Below, piece by piece: positions 35,040 to 42,204 of a stretch of 64,000 nt of DNA. The stretch comes from a virus (Duplodnaviria; Heunggongvirae; Uroviricota; Caudoviricetes). Location: the IMG/VR virus record IMGVR_UViG_3300038393_001148; one strand, 5' to 3'. Numbering within the stretch: position 1 is the first letter of the stretch; every line of letters begins with the position of its first letter. The notes under the pieces were generated by a model, which did not search any database, was not told the DNA's origin, and saw only the letters and a list, made by a program, of their open reading frames with translations. Both the position numbers and the translations under genes were made by a program.

Positions 35040-35041
35040 AC

Positions 35042-35113
35042 GCGGGTAAGGTGTTACTGGCTGCACGGGAGCCTTCCAAGCTCTAAGAACGGGTTCGAGT
35101 CCCGTTACCCGCT
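35042..35113 (+). tRNA. tRNA-Gly(TCC)
   Basis: Cloverleaf, loop CTTCCAA. Confidence 0.88.
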
Positions 35114-35116
35114 TAA

Positions 35117-35255
35117 GTAACCTATCCTAGGGGCCGGAACCCTGATGATGGTCGGGTTGCTGCCTGAGTAGCTCAGAAATTGTCACCAGACGGAGCGAGC
35201 CGGAACTCGCATTGATGTCTGTAATGAGAGCGGCAGAACTTATCCTGTAGGTCAC
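35117..35255 (+). ncRNA. Structured RNA candidate (139 nt)
   Basis: GTAACCTA/TAGGTCAC ends (7 of 8 pairs); two CCGGAA hexaloop hairpins. Confidence 0.45.
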
Positions 35256-35284
35256 GGTCTGACGAACCGTCTCGGGCGACACTT

Positions 35285-35569
35285 ATGTTGAACGATTTCG
35301 GAGTTCCCACTTCGGCTTCCAAGAGGAAATGTCGCAAGCCAAAGTACCTGAAGGGTTACAAGGCCTGGTGCGGGGTGCATCAGGAGACCCGGAAGATGGC
35401 GGCTCGCGCTAGCAGGAAGAATAATCGGATCGAGATGACAATCGACCCGGCGAAGATGAAGCGCACGCCCGATCAGGGCAAACGGCAGGTCGCGGCTAAT
35501 CGCTGCGGCAACGGTTGCGGCCGTCGTGCTGTAATGAAGGATTATCTTTGCCCGCGCTGTCGCGGGTGA
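35285..35569 (+). CDS. Zn-ribbon tag protein (member 9)
   Basis: CGNGC-x7-DYLCPRCR. Confidence 0.7.
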   Translation: MLNDFGVPTSASKRKCRKPKYLKGYKAWCGVHQETRKMAARASRKNNRIEMTIDPAKMKRTPDQGKRQVAANRCGNGCGRRAVMKDYLCPRCRG

Positions 35570-35572
35570 TCT

Positions 35573-35646
35573 GGAGACGTAGCTCAGTTGGTTAGAGCGC
35601 TGCCCTGTCACGGCAGAGGTCGCGGGTTCGAGCCCCGTCGTTTCCG
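35573..35646 (+). tRNA. tRNA-Asp(GTC)
   Basis: Cloverleaf, loop CTGTCAC. Confidence 0.93.
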
Positions 35647-35669
35647 CTTAGTATATTTAGTCAATTGCT

Positions 35670-36059
35670 ATGCCTAACATATACTATTCCCCAGAGAAGT
35701 TCGGCCTCAAGGTCGTCGCGGAGCTAGAGTACTCAGACATGAACTATGTGTTTGACACACTGGTTGTGTGGGCCGATGAGAATGGAGTTCTCTATTCTGC
35801 ACGCGATGCAGGTTGTTCATGTCCTACTCCGTTTGAGGATTATGGATCCATCGCTGAGCTAGATCGCGTTCACTATTCCTCTCTGAGGGATGAGGTGCAG
35901 GCATCTAGGGGCGATGGGAACCCAGATTTTGATCGGGATCGGCGAGTCTTCTTGCTCGACGTGAAGAATTTCACGGGTTGGGATACCAACCCATGCGCTG
36001 ATTGCAGACAGCCAGCACTCTTGGGTGACTACCTCTGCAAGGCCTGCCGGGAGGCCTAA
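35670..36059 (+). CDS. Zn-ribbon tag protein (member 10)
   Basis: CADC-x7-DYLCKACR; N-terminal domain with DAGCSCPTPF. Confidence 0.75.
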   Translation: MPNIYYSPEKFGLKVVAELEYSDMNYVFDTLVVWADENGVLYSARDAGCSCPTPFEDYGSIAELDRVHYSSLRDEVQASRGDGNPDFDRDRRVFLLDVKNFTGWDTNPCADCRQPALLGDYLCKACREA

Positions 36060-36069
36060 TCCCGGTCCC

Positions 36070-36144
36070 GGCTCTATAGCTCAGTTGGTTCAGAGCGCAC
36101 GACTCATAATCGTGAGGTCGAGAGTTCAAGTCTCTCTAGAGCCA
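36070..36144 (+). tRNA. tRNA-Met(CAT), elongator type
   Basis: Cloverleaf, loop CTCATAA, G1-C72. Confidence 0.9.
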
Positions 36145-36187
36145 TACTTAATACAAAAGCCTCGGGTGCGACTGGATAACAAGTGCT

Positions 36188-36961
36188 ATGGCACTTCCAT
36201 CCACCCCTCCTCGTGGGCTTGTCTATTCCGTGTCATTAGGCGACACAGGATGGCCGGTTTATGCTGCGCAATGCGCGCTAGATAGTATTCGTTTCGCGAC
36301 CAAGGAAACTTGGCCGAACCTCACCCCTGACGGTGATTTTGGGCAGTTCACAGATGAGGCCGCCCGAGCATTTCAGTTGAAGTATGGGCTGACGGTCGAT
36401 GGCAAACTTGGCCCGGCATCAGCCCGCAAGCTCGTGGAGCTTCTGGACCACAGGGTCCATACCCTACTCCCCGCCGTTCCCGATGGACTAATTCGCGGAA
36501 TGGCCGAGGGTGAGGGAGGAGACATCCTCGCCGCCGTCAACTGGTCCATCCCTGGTGGCGTCGATTGCGGCATCATGCAATATCGCGTCTATGGCCCGCC
36601 GTACGATCTCGAAGCCATGAGATCTGCGTTCAATCCGGTTCAGGCGATGCTTAGAGCAGGAACCGATTTCTTAGCTCGTACCGAGGCTTTTACGGCCTAC
36701 GCGGCGGTTCGGAACCACGCCAAGCCGCAGGAGTTCGCCAAGCGCCTCGCCGTCCTGGCCCACAACTGGCCCGCAGGCGCTCTGGACCTCGCCAAGGACG
36801 GCCTTCTCTCACGGCCGAATGATCTCGCCACTTGGGTCCCTTCCGGAGCCAAGTTCCCCGATGGCACAGCGGTGAAAACCCGTCTGCAATGGGCACAGTT
36901 CTACGCCTTGGGCGGAATCCATGGCGAAGCGGTGATCGCAAAATACGTAAAGGAGTGGTAG
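36188..36961 (+). CDS. PG-binding domain plus putative lysozyme-like domain (endolysin-like)
   Basis: DGDFG..TDEAARAFQLKYGLTVDGKLGP; E...GIMQ motif downstream. Confidence 0.7.
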   Translation: MALPSTPPRGLVYSVSLGDTGWPVYAAQCALDSIRFATKETWPNLTPDGDFGQFTDEAARAFQLKYGLTVDGKLGPASARKLVELLDHRVHTLLPAVPDGLIRGMAEGEGGDILAAVNWSIPGGVDCGIMQYRVYGPPYDLEAMRSAFNPVQAMLRAGTDFLARTEAFTAYAAVRNHAKPQEFAKRLAVLAHNWPAGALDLAKDGLLSRPNDLATWVPSGAKFPDGTAVKTRLQWAQFYALGGIHGEAVIAKYVKEW

Positions 36962-36963
36962 GC

Positions 36964-37725
36964 ATGAATTTTAAACTGGGTAAGAAGCTTGGCGTTGTTG
37001 AAGATCCTCGGACCTTCAAACTGAAGGATATTGTGTCGTCGGATATAATTCCGCCTGATAAATATCACATCGATCATAATCAGACGGAGTTTCCGCTGTT
37101 TGCTAATGATCAGTATGGCGACTGTACTTGTGCATCCCAGGGCCACCGAATCGTTGCTCAGGAGCGCAACGCCAGTCAAAAGGAGCTAGCGCTAACCGAT
37201 GAAGACGTTCTTGAAGTTTATTCTGCTGTTACTGGTTTTCGTCCTGACGACCCAAATACTGACAATGGTGCTTATTGCCTTGACGTTCTTAACTATATGC
37301 GCCGTGTGGGGATGGGACAGGAAAAGGACGGAACCTCCCATACCATCTACGCCTATGCTAAGGTAAATCACAAGGACCATAACGAGGTTAAGCTTGCCTC
37401 CTATATCTTTGGAGGGGTATACACCGGAGTGGCCCTACCGATTAGTGCGCAGTCCCAAGTGGGTGATGTCTGGGAGATCGTCCCCGGATCCGACTCGGCC
37501 TACGGAAGCTGGGGAGGTCACGCGATGTCCACGGTCGGCTACGACGAGACGGGGCCGATTTTTATTACCTGGGGAGCCCTCCAGCATGCGACCTGGGACT
37601 GGTGGCACAAGTACGTCGATGAGTCGTACGCGGTGATCAGCGAGGATCTGATCCGTTCGCGCGGAACGACTCGTTTGGGCTTCAACCTAAACCAGCTTCA
37701 GGCCGAGCTTGCCAATCTCCGCTGA
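36964..37725 (+). CDS. Papain-like cysteine peptidase
   Basis: NDQYGDCTCAS, GGHAM..VGYD and ITWG motifs. Confidence 0.8.
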   Translation: MNFKLGKKLGVVEDPRTFKLKDIVSSDIIPPDKYHIDHNQTEFPLFANDQYGDCTCASQGHRIVAQERNASQKELALTDEDVLEVYSAVTGFRPDDPNTDNGAYCLDVLNYMRRVGMGQEKDGTSHTIYAYAKVNHKDHNEVKLASYIFGGVYTGVALPISAQSQVGDVWEIVPGSDSAYGSWGGHAMSTVGYDETGPIFITWGALQHATWDWWHKYVDESYAVISEDLIRSRGTTRLGFNLNQLQAELANLR

Positions 37726-37766
37726 TCTGCTAGCGTATAGAGCGTCAATAGACCACGTAGTAAGCG

Positions 37767-37786
37767 AGGCCCGGAAACGGGCCTTG
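37767..37786 (+). terminator. Terminator-like hairpin
   Basis: AGGCCCG-GAAA-CGGGCCT with a short T tail. Confidence 0.55.
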
Positions 37787-37894
37787 TTCTGTAATCCAAC
37801 GAAAGGAGTTGTTCCACCGGCTTGCGCCGCCGCCCCGTGCGATGGGGCTATTTGAAGTCACGTAATGAAGTGGCGCGCAAGACGAGGGTAAGTT

Positions 37895-38302
37895 ATGCAC
37901 GTCTCACTAGTGACTGCGGCCATTGTGGTAGCCGCAGCCGCTCCGCATGGAGCGAAGTCCCACAACGGCTGCAATACGCAGGCCTGCACGGCTCGTGTAT
38001 GTCAGACCGTAAGCTGTAAGACGCGCGTTCAGTCCAAGAAATGGATTAAGCTACAGCGCGCCCTCCCCGCGTCCACTAAGGCGATGCTCGCCCGACTGCG
38101 GGGCTGTGAAACACGAGGGATTCCATTCCCTACAAACTATCGTTATGACGGGCATCATGACGGGGCCTATCAGTACGATGGGCCTACCTGGCATGAGGCC
38201 GGTGGCTGGGGATATGCCTATCAGGCGAGTCCTGCGGAACAGGATGTACGGACCGCTTGGTTCTACCCATCCCACCGTGGCCGTTGGGAGTGTGTGGCTT
38301 GA
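37895..38302 (+). CDS. Secreted Rpf-like (resuscitation-promoting factor) transglycosylase
   Basis: Signal peptide; LRGCE...GAYQYDGPTW...ASPAEQD...W motif of the Rpf domain. Confidence 0.75.
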   Translation: MHVSLVTAAIVVAAAAPHGAKSHNGCNTQACTARVCQTVSCKTRVQSKKWIKLQRALPASTKAMLARLRGCETRGIPFPTNYRYDGHHDGAYQYDGPTWHEAGGWGYAYQASPAEQDVRTAWFYPSHRGRWECVA

Positions 38303-38327
38303 CAAAGTGACTAGCACCTGATAAGGT
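38299..38327 (+). promoter_or_regulatory. SigA-like promoter
   Basis: TTGACA-N17-TAAGGT. Confidence 0.7.
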
Positions 38328-38577
38328 TCCCCATAGAGCAAGAGGTAGCAATCGAACGATGTCCCTCACGCAGCGGCGGTCGTTGGCCTGGTACCGGGTC
38401 GCTTAAATGCTTACGACGACACCGGCTGAAGATACAAAGCGGTTTCGCCTGCCCGCCGAGATATACGGTTCGGCCCTCTCACCTAGTAACGCCCATTCCG
38501 TCACTTGGCGGGAACCAAGGATAGACGAATTAGTCTGGGCCTGAAGAGTAACCGAGAAGGAGTCCAGCGATATCAAG

Positions 38578-38603
38578 AGGCCCGCCTAGTGCGGGCCTTT
38601 TTC
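38578..38603 (+). terminator. Rho-independent terminator
   Basis: AGGCCCGC-CTAGT-GCGGGCCT followed by TTTTT. Confidence 0.8.
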
Positions 38604-38630
38604 TTTGCCTGATCGGGCTGATAAGAGGCG

Positions 38631-39371
38631 ATGGCCTTTGTGAGTCCGAACATGTCTTTGAAAGTATGGAATTCGTCCCAGGATTCATACGATCACGAGC
38701 AGTTAGCAGATAATTTCCTCAAGCTCGACCAGCATAACCACACGATGGGCCAGGGAGCCCAGATTCCTACGGGTGGTATCGCCGATGGATCGATCACGGT
38801 AGCTAAGCTCGCCGGGGATACCCTTTCCGCCATCGGGACTGGTATCCCTACGGTGACCTCCCTGCCGGGCTCTCCCGTTGATGGACAACAGGTTTACTTC
38901 ATAGCCGACAACACCAAGGGTGTAATTTGGCACTTGAGGTATCGAGCGGCTAGCTCTTCTGCGTTCAAATGGGAGTTTGTTGGCGGGCCTCCGATTCGTA
39001 ACGGACTCGGAAGTGTAGTCAAGGTGGCGACTACCGCCTATGCCCAGATGTCCCTAGCAATCTCGCTAGTTGCCCCGTTGTCCGGCGACTATGAAGTCCA
39101 ATTAACGGGGAACAGAATTCAGAATAACGCTGTTGGCGTGGCAGTATATGCATACCTAGTTTCTACGGGAGCGGGGGACGCCACGGGTGACAATGACATG
39201 GCGTACGCCTTGATCGGCCAGTTTCAGTCGGCTCCGTTAGCGGTACGAAGCGCATTAACTGGTGTGACGGGAGGAAACACCATCGATGCGAACGTTGCCC
39301 ACGGGGATATTACCTCCAGCGTGTCGTATAAGGGTCTACGTTTGACCGCTACTCCCGTGAGGGTCGGATAA
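38631..39371 (+). CDS. Virion fiber/tail-associated protein, paralog 1
   Basis: N-terminal ~60 aa shared with the next two genes; beta-rich C-terminal domain. Confidence 0.65.
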   Translation: MAFVSPNMSLKVWNSSQDSYDHEQLADNFLKLDQHNHTMGQGAQIPTGGIADGSITVAKLAGDTLSAIGTGIPTVTSLPGSPVDGQQVYFIADNTKGVIWHLRYRAASSSAFKWEFVGGPPIRNGLGSVVKVATTAYAQMSLAISLVAPLSGDYEVQLTGNRIQNNAVGVAVYAYLVSTGAGDATGDNDMAYALIGQFQSAPLAVRSALTGVTGGNTIDANVAHGDITSSVSYKGLRLTATPVRVG

Positions 39372-40366
39372 TGCAGACCTCCGTCAACATGTCCTTAACC
39401 ATCTGGAATAATCCTGATGATGCTTACGATCATAACGAGCTAGCTGCAAACTGGCAGGCCCTAGATTCCCACAACCATACCAGCGGGAAGGGCGTCCAGA
39501 TCCCTTCTGGCGGTATCGCTGACGGCGCGATCACCACCAACAAACTTGGTGCAAATGCCGTTACGACAACTCAGATTGCTAATCAAACGATCCTTGGTAC
39601 CGATATCGCCAATGGGGCCATTGGTGCCCAGCAGCTAGACAATACATTATTCTCCAAGCTGGTTCCTTTGGGAGCGGTAACGGCGTGGTTCCGTCCTTCC
39701 ACTTCGGTTGCCGTTCCTGCCGGGTGGGTTATCGCAGTAGGACAGACCTTGACGACGGGCCAGCACGGTTGGACGAGCTTTACCAACGTGACCCTACCGG
39801 ACCTACGAAACGCCTTCATCTTGGGCGCGGCTACCTCGGGTACCGGAACAGGCCCGTCGCAGCCACCGGCTGAAAATGCTACGGGAGGGGCAAACACCCG
39901 CACTTGGAACCACTCCCACACGGTCCCTGGGCACTCGCATACTGTGAATGCTCACTCTCACACGGTGAACGATCACTCGCACAGTATGCCCTCTCACTCC
40001 CATTCTATTAGCGGCGATGGGGACCACAACCATGGGATGCATTCTCGTTTAAACGCTTTTATTCAGAACATCCAAGTAAAGGATATTGCTAATAATGTCC
40101 GCTCAAATAGCTTGCAGTCGCTTTATGTAGCTGGCTTCAATCAGGGATCCGACGATGTCGCAGCGCCTAATTCGGGCTCGCACTCGCACGGAGGAGCCAC
40201 GGGGGCGGCTTCTGGAACTACGGGCGGCGCTACTCCCGGAACCTCAAACGCCTCTCCCGGAACGTCGTCGGTTGGCCTTACGACCGACGCAGCCACGGCG
40301 GGGGGAGATATCCGCCCGACCTTTGTGGGGCTTCTTTACATTATGAAAGTTTTGGATCCAAGTTAA
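39371..40366 (+). CDS. Tail fiber/collar-like protein, paralog 2
   Basis: Collar-like VPLGAVTAW..LPDLRNAFILGA; HSH repeats. Confidence 0.75.
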   Translation: MQTSVNMSLTIWNNPDDAYDHNELAANWQALDSHNHTSGKGVQIPSGGIADGAITTNKLGANAVTTTQIANQTILGTDIANGAIGAQQLDNTLFSKLVPLGAVTAWFRPSTSVAVPAGWVIAVGQTLTTGQHGWTSFTNVTLPDLRNAFILGAATSGTGTGPSQPPAENATGGANTRTWNHSHTVPGHSHTVNAHSHTVNDHSHSMPSHSHSISGDGDHNHGMHSRLNAFIQNIQVKDIANNVRSNSLQSLYVAGFNQGSDDVAAPNSGSHSHGGATGAASGTTGGATPGTSNASPGTSSVGLTTDAATAGGDIRPTFVGLLYIMKVLDPS

Positions 40367-41076
40367 TGGCTCGTACCACTACGAATATCGCTCTCAAAGT
40401 TTGGGACCTGATCACCGATAAGTTCAATCACAGTGATCTCGCTGGAAATTGGGATAAAATGGATGCCCATGACCATACCTCGGGAAAGGGTGTTGCTATC
40501 CCGTCAGGAGGTTTGGCCCCCAATTCTGTGATCACGCCTAAGGTGCTCGATGGCGCTATCACGACGCCCAAGATTGGAGACAACCAAGTCACCTATCAAA
40601 AGATGGCTAAGGACGGTCTTGGTCCAAGCGTGGGAGCGTTTTATGTATATCGCAGTACTGGCAATACCGCGTCGGTGGCTCATTCGGCGCAGGTTCCATT
40701 TAATGCTTGGGCATTTGACCTATCCAGTGTTTACAATCTCGGCACGAACCGCTTCCAGCCCACAGTAAAGGGCTACTATCGTCTGAGTTGGCAAGTTGCG
40801 TTATATGCTGCGCTGGCCGCCGATACCTACTTCTACACAAGCCTCTACAAGCCTACAGGTGTAGGTGCAGGTCATGTAAATTACGGTACCACAATCTTCC
40901 AGCGCGGTAGCACCCCCATGAGCAATGGTGGCTCAGCGCTAGTTCTAGCCAATGGCACCACTGACGCATATCAAATTTTGAATTGGTATGGAGATTCTGC
41001 GTCTCACGCGATCAATGGATCGCCAGAGGGATCATTGACTTGGTTCTGTGGTGAGTTCGTTGGTCCGGTCACCTAA
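40366..41076 (+). CDS. Fiber protein with a C1q/TNF-like C-terminal domain, paralog 3
   Basis: VPFN..FD...YN..TNRFQPTVKGYYRLSWQV pattern. Confidence 0.65.
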   Translation: MARTTTNIALKVWDLITDKFNHSDLAGNWDKMDAHDHTSGKGVAIPSGGLAPNSVITPKVLDGAITTPKIGDNQVTYQKMAKDGLGPSVGAFYVYRSTGNTASVAHSAQVPFNAWAFDLSSVYNLGTNRFQPTVKGYYRLSWQVALYAALAADTYFYTSLYKPTGVGAGHVNYGTTIFQRGSTPMSNGGSALVLANGTTDAYQILNWYGDSASHAINGSPEGSLTWFCGEFVGPVT

Positions 41077-41168
41077 CTTCTTCTTTGTTTCCCTGTAGTA
41101 AGGGGTGAATCCAAGGTGCGTACCACTGCGGCTGGCGCACCGAGAAACCCGAGGAGGGTAAACAGATT

Positions 41169-41678
41169 ATGGCAGAACTAGTTGAAGTACGCGGGTTGAA
41201 CCGTCGCGGAGTACGCATTGGTACTAAGACGGTCACCAATAAGTCGTCAAGTGTTATCGATCTCGATGACGCGGTAACGCGCCGCGACGTATCGAAGCAC
41301 ACGACGATTGGGGCCCTAGCAATTTTGGGCTCTGTTCCTGTAGCAGTTGCTTCAGGCGCAGTGGTTTCAAACGGAACAACTACCACGATTTCTACCACTG
41401 CCGGTTCGCTTCTGCGAAACGACGGTCAGGTAGTCACGGTAGCTGCGGTTAACAATGCAGCGTTGGCATCGGCTCCCGATGCGACGAACCCGCGCATCGA
41501 TCTTGTCGTGGTTGACAACGCATCGGGCGCGGTAACGAACGTGGCAGGAACGGCAGCGGCAACGCCTGTCATTCCGGTGCCAGCGGCAGGCAAGACGGTG
41601 CTGGCAACGGTCCGTGTAGCGGCAAACGCCTCTACATCTGCGGGTGTGGTAATCACAGACGTAGCTCCACGTCTGTAG
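41169..41678 (+). CDS. Putative virion protein
   Basis: Ala/Thr/Val-rich; APDATNPRIDLVVVD motif; structural context. Confidence 0.55.
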   Translation: MAELVEVRGLNRRGVRIGTKTVTNKSSSVIDLDDAVTRRDVSKHTTIGALAILGSVPVAVASGAVVSNGTTTTISTTAGSLLRNDGQVVTVAAVNNAALASAPDATNPRIDLVVVDNASGAVTNVAGTAAATPVIPVPAAGKTVLATVRVAANASTSAGVVITDVAPRL

Positions 41679-41784
41679 CTTGTTGTTAGTCTCATAGTTG
41701 TAGGAGGTGACCCTATCTCGCATTGTGCCCGCTATTTGGCGGGCACTTTGTGTTTAACACTTGCCCTCGTGTTAATATAGGACT

Positions 41785-42198
41785 ATGAATCGTAAAGCTT
41801 TACGCGACGACCGTATGGATATTGGCAAGGAGTTTGCTCATGCAGCGGGCGACCTTACCGATACCGAGGTCACGCAAATCTTCAAAGTGGTGGAACAGGT
41901 TCGACTCCGCTACGCGGGGAAAAAGAACACTCCGGACAATTTGGAACATCTCCGCGACGAGGTGCTGACCCGCCTTATGGAGATTGGGATCCTCGCTACG
42001 CTTGACCCCACTCCTTGCTATTACGGCGAGCCTCCAACGCTAGAGATTATCGGAAAGATCACTGGCGACTCCATTCACAAACATGGCTTTGACCATGAGA
42101 AGAAAATGTATGAGGTTCGAAAGGCCGTTGAGCGCAATGAGGAATGGCTCGGCGAGAAGGAAGGCGTCAATAAGCGCAAGGACGGCGACAAGAGATGA
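41785..42198 (+). CDS. Hypothetical protein (position suits a small terminase)
   Basis: 137 aa, directly upstream of the large terminase. Confidence 0.5.
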   Translation: MNRKALRDDRMDIGKEFAHAAGDLTDTEVTQIFKVVEQVRLRYAGKKNTPDNLEHLRDEVLTRLMEIGILATLDPTPCYYGEPPTLEIIGKITGDSIHKHGFDHEKKMYEVRKAVERNEEWLGEKEGVNKRKDGDKR

Positions 42199-42204
42199 TG
42201 TTCC

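Noticed and set aside
35141-35179. Hammerhead ribozyme (CTGATGA...GAAA)
   Set aside because: Stems I and III and an NUH cleavage site could not be built around the core
37790-37894. c-di-AMP (ydaO) riboswitch upstream of the Rpf-like gene; similar idea for GGGGTGAATCC at about 41101
   Set aside because: Hairpins are present but the conserved ydaO blocks are incomplete or out of order; a cmscan with the ydaO-yuaA model would settle it
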